From: Auanema rhodensis
Lineage: Eukaryota; Animalia; Nematoda
Length of the DNA stretch: 64,000 bases
Assembly: GCA_964057225.1 (NCBI GenBank)
Contig: OZ059894.1
Span: forward strand, 16,740,001-16,804,000
Direction: 5' to 3'
Shown here: positions 43,001 to 53,971 of the stretch, in pieces
Layout of the letters: every line of letters starts with the position of its first letter
Numbering within the stretch: position 1 is the first letter of the stretch
The notes under the pieces: model-generated
The model's database searches: none
The model's input: the letters and a program-made list of their open reading frames with translations, nothing else
What the model was told of the DNA's origin: nothing
Program-made: the position numbers and the translations under genes

Positions 43001-44010
43001 TATTCAATAAATTTGTCAAAATTTGGTTGAAATCGAATAATCGACTAGGTAGACACAGCAGATATAAGAGCAGTTTGAAATAATTGATACGAGTACAATT
43101 CACCGGAAATAAGACGAGAAAATGTTTCAAAATACTTTAAAAAGTAAAAAACAATTAGTGAGAAAAGAAAGTTTTTTTCACTTTTTCCCCTGGAAAAATC
43201 AGAAACAAATCTTTTTGTTTGTGACAAAATTAAATTTAATAAGGAGAAAAATGGATAAATTAGTATAATAATAATAATAAATAGAAAATAACAATATTAT
43301 AATAATAATGAATATATGAATATAAAACTGAAAAACTTGGGCTTATCTCGCCAATGTTCGTTCTTAAGACACGTGAGATACTGAAAATCCTCTTTTATTA
43401 GGACAAATGCTGAAAATTGTATGAATAAACAAAAATTATCTAACATCTATTTGAGAATTGATGAGAAAATGTTTTCAAATAAATAGAAAGAAAAATCATA
43501 TCATGTTTATTTTACTTAAAAACAGGGAAGTGTACATGTCTGGAAAATCTTTATTTGTTGTCAATATATGGGAAGCTGTCTCAGATTTAAGTTTATTCTT
43601 TGACAATGAATTGAAATATGAACAACAAGCTTTAATTGTCCGTTATCACAGATATATTAAGGGCATGAAGTGAAGTGGAAGAATGATGTAGACATCAATA
43701 AGACTTAAAACGGCTCGAACATCACTTCGAACTTAAACGATATTCTAGTATTGATAGACAGGCTTCAGTTTAGTTCGAAGCAATGTACTATCTTTGGTTC
43801 TTAAATCACAGGATACATATAGAGGGAGGTGGCATTTTAGAACGTGGGAAGGAAAAAGAAAAATACTATTAGAACATAGATTGAATGATAGAGAGAGAAT
43901 TAGAGATTAGGTGGGAATGATTGATATATGGAAAGAGGGAGAATAAGATGAGAGAGAGAGGGTGGAAAGAGAAAAAAAGAATGAAAAAGATAGAGAGATT
44001 GTAGACAGAA

Positions 44011-44016
<6 letters not shown>

Positions 44017-44068
<52 letters not shown>
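44017..44068. repeat. (AG)17-AA-(AG)8 microsatellite
   Basis: Directly visible; source of the spurious SLSLSL ORFs on the minus strand. Confidence 0.95.
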
Positions 44069-44069
<1 letters not shown>

Positions 44070-44343
44070 TAGAAAGAGTAGATTAAATGCATTGATAACT
44101 GCTACATGTATGTATGCATGTTGTGAGATATTTGTAGGTGATATAACTAGTCTTCTCATCTGCTCCATACGCGGTTGCCCCGGACAACCTCTCTTGCTCT
44201 TTCTCTCTCCCTCTTGCTCTGCCTCTTGTCTCCTCTTTTCTTTGGCATCGCACACCTTCATTCCACTGTCCGTATCTATCTCTTATATTTTCCTTTTCTT
44301 TCTTTCCTCACTCCGTTATTACCTCGTTTCTCCTATTTTCGCC

Positions 44344-44348
<5 letters not shown>

Positions 44349-44432
<84 letters not shown>
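44349..44432. repeat. (CT)5-TT-(CT)36 microsatellite, inverted relative to the 44017 tract
   Basis: Directly visible. Confidence 0.95.
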
Positions 44433-44435
<3 letters not shown>

Positions 44436-46551
44436 TATCTTTCAACTAGAATATATCTTTATTCCAACAGCCATACACGAGAAAGCATGCACACTGCTAT
44501 TGCCGTATGCGTGGAGAAGATGCGAAGCTGATACAATCATTGATGTTGATGATCTGAGGGTCTGCAGTAACCCCATATATTCCTGATACCTACTATTAAC
44601 GAAGCACGTAAAATGCTTTTATCAAAGTAAAGCGTACTATCATGTAATAGCTTGAAAACCCAAACGTTGCTATTTCATTAACAAATCAAAGAAATAGAGT
44701 GAAAAGATGAGAATGAAGACGGAAGATAGAAAGACGGACGAAGGGAAAGAAACTTCATAGCAACATGACTTAACTGAAACATTGCTCTGGAACTTTTAGT
44801 TTCCAGGGTTCTTATTCTTTCTCTCTCTCTCCTATTTCGCTGTCTGTCTCAGTCTTCAACCTTAGAATAAACAACATTTTTAGTCAAATTAATGAAAGTT
44901 TTATGACATTTAAGAAACTTTGTGCTACTTTTTGGGTGCTGTCAATGGTTGTCAGTCTGCTTTATGAACCATTTTACATTCTGGTCAAATACTGAAACAT
45001 TTCAGAAGTAGACTTCTGTGTAATTAACCTGACCCAGGTTAACGGAACAAGAAAGGGAAGTAATTATAGTTGCTTATAACTTTGATTGTTAGGGAAACAT
45101 CAAGAAGGAAATATGCATGTATATGTACATATGTATGTACATATACTATGTATCTATATTCTTTAAAATTTTCAAGGAAGTAACGTCTATATACAGAGAA
45201 CAAGATAAACTGTTTTCTTCAAATATATACATTCATACACATACATCTATACTTATATATATATATATATATATACACTAAACTATATGTATATAGTTTA
45301 AAATATATAAAAAAATAATTTAGTTATGGCTTATTATCTACTCAGAAACGATATTGTTTTTCAAATAGGTTTTGATAACATTGTTTGTAAATAACAGTAA
45401 ATAGAAAAGATAAAACACAATTCAACAACTATTACATATAGTTAAGAATAGTTGTAGTTAATCGGATTAAGAATAAGATGAGGAAATCGTAAATCTTTCT
45501 TTTTTTGTTGTGAAAAGATTTAATTAATTGAAAGAAGATCAAATTATTCTTTGTCTGTTCATCGCATTCTTCCAAAGTTGGCATAACGTTAAAGATGTAC
45601 ACATATTGCTATTCAGAAAAAAAAGAAGCTAAATCATATCGTGTAATATATATTTATAAAATATTTGAATGTAAAATAACTTTTATGCAGTTTTAAAGCT
45701 AAATGTATGAAGATACGAGAGAAGAGGCAAAGTTAGTGTCAGAGGGTATGGCTTTAAGAGAACAATGAAATTGGAGACGAAATTGGACTAAAAAGTGAAT
45801 TAAGGACCGCACTAGATGTCCTTTTCTTCTCATCTTTTCCAGTTAAAACTACTTGTTTGTCGTTTCAAACTTTAAACTCATTCTTCTTCTCATGTGATGA
45901 TCAGCATAAGTAAGAAAGTAGAGAAGATAACGCCAAATACAACTTTGTAAAATAATTGTTGTAAAATTTTTTAATAAATCAATTAGTAATATATAATTAA
46001 AAAAACTAAATATATTAATCAAATTCGAAACATTTGTTCAAAAAAAAATATTTTGAAAACGTGTGAAGAAAAGAAGATATGGTTTTTCAAATTGATATCG
46101 TAGAAATAACGAAATCAACAAGCTTTAAGCGTGCAAGAATGTCATAAAAGAGGGTCCGAAGACGAATCCTCAAAACACAACATCTGCTTAGACTTAGACG
46201 AAATAATTGGAAAAAATACAAAAACGTTAATCATTTTGTATAATATGTATAGTATATGTATATCCTTATATGTAAAAAAAATGATTTAATAATTAAAATC
46301 TTTATAATAACTGTTTTGATCAGTTATGAATGAGCATGTAAAACAAAAATTCAAAGTATTATTTGAAATACAATTATAATATTAGATTGTTTGAGCAACA
46401 AACTATTAGTTTAAGTGAATGATCTATATAGATTCCAAATAGTTTTTTTCTTATTCAAATGAAAGAACTTATGTGATATTGAAATTCAAATTATACATAT
46501 ACATATGTTGGCACTTCAGTTTTCCAAATTATTAATTCATCAACTTAAAAC

Positions 46552-47844
46552 TTAATAAGTTGGTCCGCCATAATTTGTGTAATCTCCACCCACACCTCCG
46601 ATCTGAATCACAGGTTGTAAGTAAAATATAAGTATAACTTTTAATTTATAACATATATATATGTAGAATATATAAGAAATAATTTAAAATTTATAGTAAT
46701 TAACCTGAGAATTTGTAGAATATCCATTGTATTGAGCTGCAAATTCTCGTTCTTCTTTTCGTTGACGATTTTTGGATCTCTGATAGCATACAATCATCAG
46801 AATTGTACCAACAATGAAAACCACGAGTACAAATGCCAATAACACATATACTCCGGCCATCCTATATAATAAATTATAATAAAAGATGTAAAATATTGAT
46901 TAAACATATAAAAAAAAGAATAAAAACTGTACCAATGTTGGTCTTTAGCGCAACATCCATGAGCACAACAACCGGCTTCTCGTTCGCAACTATAAAAAAA
47001 ATGTTTTTTTTGTCTAAAAATATAAATTCACTTACCCTACTGTGACAATTTTATTATTTGTTCGTTTAGCTTCATAGATACATCTGATAAAACCTGAGAA
47101 ACTACCTGAAATATTTTATATAAAATCACGTTTTTACGTGTGAACAAAGTATTATTTTGTAGTTTTGCAACGTAAATAGCGGTTGAATATATCGATATTC
47201 TAACTAATGAACAACATTTTAATTAAATTTCTTTCAGATTCTTTCTCACAGGACAATATTAATCAATTTTTTGCAACACCAAATGATGAGTCTAGAGTGA
47301 GAGCTTCATCTGAACAGGACTTGGTCAAAGGAACGGAAAGCAAACGAAATTCAAAAGGCTAAGAGGAGTTTCGGACGACGACACGTACGTGAAGTGTTTA
47401 GGACCGGTTACGACTGAACATGAATCGCCGTCGTTGTCGTCGTATGAGCTCTCCTAGGCACAAGACTATGATCGTTCATTTTCTTCTGAGCACAAAAAAA
47501 AAAGAACAAATGAAGGCAAGTAACATCAGGTTATGTAATTCCATGTATGACTCAGATTATTCGGACAAAAATCCAAATAATTCAGAAAACAAACAAGGTA
47601 ATAGATTAAAGATTACGAATGTTAAATGATGAAACAAATAAATGATCTATCAACTACCTTCTAACTCTTGACGAAGATATTTTCCTATGCTTCCATGCTG
47701 ATCAACTTCAGCTGATGTAAGAGGCGCAACCTAAATATAATAATAATAAAATAAATATTAAAATTAAAAATAATAAAATAATGTAGTTTCATATATGAAA
47801 AAGAAAAAAACATGATACTGTACCTGTCCTGTTGGCTGTGACAT
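46552..47844 (-). CDS. Small single-pass membrane protein with a 6-Cys ectodomain (CX / Shisa-like STMC6 type); 5' end possibly incomplete
   Basis: Six phase-compatible GT-AG exons give MSQPTGQ-VAPLTSAEVDQHGSIGKYLRQELE-GSFSGFIRCIYEAKRTNNKIVTV-GCEREAGCCAHGCCAKDQH-WMAGVYVLLAFVLVVFIVGTILMIVCYQRSKNRQRKEEREFAAQYNGYSTNSQ-IGGVGGDYTNYGGPTY*. The ORF track misses it. The frame is open back to the TTTCAG at 47876, so an upstream signal-peptide exon may exist. Confidence 0.8.
47359..47457 (+). ncRNA. Candidate structured RNA / pri-miRNA-like hairpin
   Basis: Hand-folded irregular stem of about 35 bp or more, including ACGACGACA/TGTCGTCGT and GTGTTTAG/CTGAACAT, with a 12-nt loop. Family not recognised. 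Confidence 0.35.
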
Positions 47845-50800
47845 ATCTGAACCACTACTGATCGGATTGTTTTGTCTGAAATATTATGAGTATATTTGAA
47901 AAATTAAATAAAATATTTAAATACAAATTATAATATTATTATATAGTTATACTTGAAAAATGAATAAAAGTATTGATATAATGAAAATGATAACAGTTGA
48001 CTGTATTAGTCATTCATCATTTCATTGAAAATATTACAAAAATTGAAAAATTAGTTGGAAAATTCGTATACAGAAAAATATGTTTTGTGAAATAAGTCAT
48101 GAAATAAGAAAGAGATTAAGGTGTGTTTGTTGGATTGTCGGAACGAGGGGAGAGAATGCTGCCGGCGGGCAGGCTATTTGCGCGGAGCAGCAACTAGAAC
48201 AAAGTGGAAGAAAGTGGATGATAGACCAAGAAGAGGAGGAGGAGAAATAGAAGAAAAACCTGGAAAGAAGCTAGAATGAAACGTTGATTTGACTAGATGG
48301 ACACGTAAGAAATTCGTAAGGCTTAGTGATGTTTACAAGCGAACATGTTATTAATAAGACAGTTTTCACCTCTAAACTATGTATAAGGATAAGATATAAC
48401 CATTCAATTTCCATAAATGTTATTTCTACATACATATAAGTAGAGTAGGTTCATCTCTTTTTATTCGTCAGAGTTAAGTAAATATGGATAGTATAGAGGT
48501 ATTGATATCCGACTACAATAAATTGGTATAGGAGGCATAATCGTATATTATTTAGCTCTCTTTAGATCACTCAAACCGACAAACTTAAGTAATTATATAT
48601 ATAGATAATATCCAATATATTGTAAAAAAATGATGAGAAATATAATATTATAGTTATGTTATATAAAGGAAAAATATTTTTGTTAAAATCTCACGGATAA
48701 AATGTAGGATTCGTCCTTGTATTCGAAGGTAATGTATCCCAACGGCTCATTTTAATTCTGAATTGATTATTTTATTTAGTTTAAAGCTAAATTTCCTAAA
48801 ATTATATTATTTTTTTATTTGATTCTTGTGTTATTTATATATTTTATGATATCTATGCCTATTTTAGCATTAAAAACTAATCCATGAGAGAATATGATTG
48901 AATCATTTCTAAATTATATATTTGCTATTCTGACACACTTATATTTTAACTTATGCTTATCATAACTTAATGTTCTTCCCTCAACTATAAAAAAACTTCT
49001 GAATAATACATTCATTTCTGAGAAGTCATTATCTTAAGGGGAAAAAAAGAAAAAAAAGGTATACTTCATTTGCATACATACATATTTAACCTTAAATACA
49101 TAGTTAGATACCTAGATATAGATATTGAGAGGGAGAGAGAGAAAGAGCGGGGGAGGGCAAAGGATTGGGGAAAGAAGCTGGAGAGAAAGTGAGAAAGAAA
49201 GTGAATATAATAGTTTGGATGATTCTGATATTACATCTCATCAGTACGGCATGAAAAACAAAATAATTATTGGAAAAGAAGAACGATAAAGCTAAATTCA
49301 ACTCGAACACCTGAATCAATACTGTCTCGATTGCATTTTTGTGCTATGACTGATCAAAATTGTGAGTGGGAGAAGCTTGTCTCATATTCTCTCAACTTCT
49401 CTGTATAATATATTCTTTCTCGTACACCTCTGTTCCATCTACATCTCCAGCGGCACAATCCGGTTGTCGAAGTCTTCTGCACAGAAGGAAAGCAATTCTC
49501 TCTTCATCGCATTGTTCATTTTGGAGCTCAGTCTTTAACGTTCTACAGGTGACTTTTTCCTTCGTTCTTTCCCCTCTAACATAGCATAATCTCTCAGCAG
49601 GACTGTGGTCGTTAGATTGTTTGCATAGTTTGAACAGCTATGTAGCCTCTCCCTCTCTTTCTATCTTCTCTCCCTCTCTTTATATATCGCATCTTCTCTG
49701 ATCTTCTCTACAAGCTTTACTTCTTTTTCCACACCTTCTCTTTTTAAACTTTCTTCTTGGAACCTTTCCCTTCATGGATTCTTTTTCGACCGAAAGTCAG
49801 GCAACTAGCTTCCTATTCTTGAGATTGCCAAGTGTTCACCATTCGGCTTATCACAATCTTTTTCAATTTCTCTACAAGATTAGTGATCTCAAAGCAAAAA
49901 CTTGATTTTTGAATAACACAGGAACCAAATAAGTCACAAATAATTTGAATATATATTATGATTTAAAGAAAAAATAACAATTTAAACATACTTTGAATAC
50001 TGTAATATAAGGCTGTATGAACTCACAATTTAACTTTTTGATTTTCTGAAAATAAATAGAAAGATTAAAAAAAAAATTTTATCAAAAAATATTATGAAAT
50101 TCAGAAGAAATTACTTCTGAATATTAAGAATAAATATTTTAAAATATACATAAATAACATAAAATTTGTTAAGAAAACTACAAATGATGCTTAGAAAACA
50201 ATATTTTCGAAGAAGCTTTAGATAAAGAAAGCTTAGCGAAATATGATGTTTAAAATAAAAATCCTGTGATAACATGATGGGAGGAGATGTCAGTGCTTTA
50301 AAAAGAAAATTGACGAATTTAAAAAAAGAAACAACGTTGAGAAAATATAATTAAACAGAGACACAACATAAGAGGTAAAAGAAAAATTGGTGAGCTAATC
50401 ACAAGGGTCAAAGAGAACGAAAAGGTGAAGTTGAGCTAAAGTGTCAAAAATAGATGAAAGAACACGACACAAGACGAAAAAGAAAGAGATGTCGACAGTC
50501 GATCAGGATTAGTGGCAACCGTTGGTTGAAAAGAATAAAATAAATTTTGTTTCCAAAAAGAGACGCTAAAGCAATAATTTTGAGGACGAAAAAGAAGAAG
50601 AAAACGAAGAAAAATAAGAAAAAGATATTTTTCAATATGTAATAAAGGAAGCCGACTATAAGCAATCATCCATCTAAAGAAGGAAACGAGCCAAGTTGAT
50701 ATTTATTCTACGATTGACTTGCCTTTTATTTGCATTTAAATATCTGATTGAATGCAAGAATTATCAAATCTGTTCGTACTGTGACAAGCACTGATCTGAT

Positions 50801-53274
50801 ACATCTTCGTATATGTATTTAAGATTACGGTAAGAAATAAATATAAATATAACATAACTGACAATCCAAGCTGTCCCCTTCTCTGGCTGTTGACAGTTTT
50901 TGTGTTGAATTCAGACAAAAAAAATCGTTTTCGTCCTATATGTCAAGAAGAGCTCGAAAAAAACTTCCTTAACTTTACTCAAAGTGCTGATGACAGTTGA
51001 AAACAGTTCAATTGTCATTTGAAAACGTAGTGCGAAATCAAAGAAAATGATGTCAATATCTGAGAAAAGGTGGATAGAAAATCGAAAAAAATTTTTTTTT
51101 TTTGACAAATTCCATTGTATTCAATCGAAAAATGACCGAATATGCACCCGAAACTGACAACAAACATAATTTTTGCTATTGAATACACATTCTATAACAG
51201 GAAAATTTTGAAAATGAAATCTAGCTCTTTTCATTTTAAAAGAAAATACGAAAAAACTACAAAAAGAGACTGAGTTCAAAACTAATGTAAATCACATGAA
51301 TTCTAGTTTGATTAAGCTTTGTTTATAAATATTCGATTAAGACCACCCATGTTTATACATATTTACAATATATGATTAACTTCAATTGTGATAGATATTA
51401 TGCATAAACATGATGAACATGGTCAAGCCTCTATAAGCAGTCGCTTCGTGTATCCCGCTTCTGTCCAAATCATTGTGTGTATATGTGTGTTTATGTATTT
51501 TGTCTGACCTGAGCCTCAGGGCATTTCTATTGTTTTAGAGTCGGCGAAAGCATTGCGAACATAGTCATAGGTACACTTTCTATCTCTTTACGTTATGTAT
51601 TCATTCTCCTTCCTAACCTCAATTGTTCTTCCGTTCCTCTCTTCTTCACTTTCTCTCTATCTTTACGAACTTTCTCTTCCATACAACAAGCTTCCACACT
51701 AACCCATCTCCTGTATTTAAAATAATAAATGTTGGAAAATATTAAATTATTCAATCATTACATCTACTTCATCTCATCTTAATTATTCTCTTACTATCAT
51801 ACAAAATAATATAATAAACATAAAATTAATAAAATAAGAACTATAGAATACAAGAAATAATAATTATATAACAAAAAAAATGAAATTTTTTTGTATAATA
51901 TTGAAAAACAAAATAAAAATCTTTTTTTAAAGCAAATAATACAAATTATTTTAATTTTTAATATAAAATATTTAATAAAGTCCTACTTTATCACATTTAC
52001 GTGAACTTTCACGTAAAAAAAATAAAATAACATTGACAAAGGTTCAAAGTTTTGGAAAAAATGAGCAAATTCATTGCTGCAAAAGCTGCTAGGTTCAAAG
52101 GTAACAGCAACATTACGAAAATACTTCTTCATTGCTCATTCATTAAGAGGCTGAGTAAATACCCTTCTGATTTGGCTAAACAACTTGATTTGAGTTGCTC
52201 CTCTTGCTGCTGTTCACAGGTCTTTACGGAACATCTAGGTCGCCGTATTTAGAATTTATTAAACAAATAATTCTTTTATAAAATATATTTTTAAAATAAA
52301 TTATGACAAGAAATTCATTTTCTATATACTTAATATAACAATAATTCCAAGAAAATATGCTATTATATACATATATTATTAAAATTATATTTAAGAAATG
52401 TATAATTTTATTTTTTATAAAAATATAGAAAAATAAAAATTCTTAAAGAAATTAGATAACATCGTAGCATTATCAACCATGTTCGTAGAGTTCACAGTAC
52501 TAAGATACTTTCACCTAAAATACAAGGCCATACGACGAATGAAATATTATCTGTGGAATAAAATAGGTTACCAATCTATAACATAGCCATAATGAATATC
52601 CAAATATCTTGTATTTCATGTTTCAATCTTATATTTTTCTTATTTTAGTAATGAAGTTGTGATGATCACAAGTTTTTCTTCTTACAAACTATTCATCTAG
52701 CTAATGCTCTTTGCTCCTATTTTCTCTCAATTTTTTGTTCTCTCTCAATTCGTTTTTCTTCACGTCTCACGTTAATGCATCGATTTTCCAGGAGCTTCAC
52801 AGGTTTTAGTTCCTTTTTTGAATTTACTAACTTTTTCTCATCTAATTTTTAGTGAATAAATCAGATTTCAATCATTTTTTTAATATATTTACTACGTAGT
52901 TAATAAAACTTTATCAAACAAATTTAATTTAAAACTCCATTTATATATATGGGAATTATTGAAAAACAAGTAGTACATACACGAATTTGCCAAAAGAAAT
53001 TGCTCACGACATATTGCTCTTGCTCAAAACTTAGTTTAAAGTGACTCAAACCTCCCGTGAAATCTTTAAACCACTTAGTTTTTTTTTTATTTACTAATCT
53101 CGATATTTTGTATAACTACACTATAGTGTAGTTTGATGTTGAGATGACATTCAGCTGTTTGACTGCAATCGACCTGTTGGCCCAATTCGTTGTAGAAAGT
53201 AATGAAAAACGCAAAACTTTTGCTATTTGAATGACTGAACTTGCGTTTATTTCATGAATATATTTTATACAATA

Positions 53275-53367
53275 TGATAAGTTTGTTGTATATCTTAGTC
53301 AAAACCAGCAATTGAAGAATATTTTTGATTGATAAACAGATAATAACGCGTTTTTCCAAGATTATCA
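53275..53367. promoter_or_regulatory. GATA site cluster upstream of the cpt gene
   Basis: TGATAA at 53275 and 53330, AGATAA at 53338, TTATCA at 53362. This fits ELT-type GATA control, but the motif is common in AT-rich DNA. Confidence 0.35.
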
Positions 53368-53971
53368 ATGCAACTTGAACTAGTTAGGTTTGTTACAAAA
53401 TCTGTGTGTATTTTTCCTTGTCTGTGATCATTATTTTGAGCTATTAAAAGTACTAAAAAACGTTAATAATATTACATTTCCTTATTTTGTTTTTTATTTT
53501 GAAATATATACAATACAACTATAAATGTATTCATCTCTTTGTTCATTTTCCCTCTCTTTCTCCTTCTCTTCTTCTTCTACTCATCATCTTTATTTCTCTC
53601 TCTTTAACATGAAATGCATATATTTCGTTTTTCTCTGTTTCTATCATGTTTATTATGCTATTTTTATATTTATTTTTTGCTCGAAATGTTCTCAAATCAA
53701 CATCATTCTGCACCTTCCGTTCATCTGTTCTCTTGTACTTTGCACTCTGCTCTCAATTTCGCCTTCTTTTATCTCCTTCAAACTTTAACTTCACTCCTAG
53801 TCCATTCTTATCAAACGAAGCTCCGAATATAATAGTTTTTTGCGTTGTAAATAAGATTTTCTAATAGATTTACTTAACTTTCTAATCATCCGTTTGATTA
53901 TAATGATATTCTTGGATTCATTTGTCCAATTACACAGCTTGTTTTAGATATTTCAACGTAAAAACTACATT

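Noticed and set aside
43869-44586. Long ORFs containing SLSLSL runs on both strands
   Set aside because: They are translations of (GA)n/(CT)n microsatellites, with no splice structure or domain signal.
45113-45146. Palindromic GTATATGTACATA/TATGTACATATAC
   Set aside because: Low-complexity alternating purine-pyrimidine sequence is self-complementary by default.
47230-47490. U3 snoRNA (TGATGAGTC, AGAGTGAG, ATGATCGTTC and CTGA resemble boxes C', B, C and D)
   Set aside because: There is no box A GGATCATTTCT, box C is incomplete and there is no terminal stem. Kept only as an unassigned structured-RNA candidate.
49104-49319. Candidate signal-peptide exon (MRCNIRIIQTIIFTFFLTFSPA...) for the CX-like gene
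   Set aside because: The obvious donor is phase 1 whereas the 47875 exon needs phase 2, and the hydrophobicity comes from a TC-rich tract.
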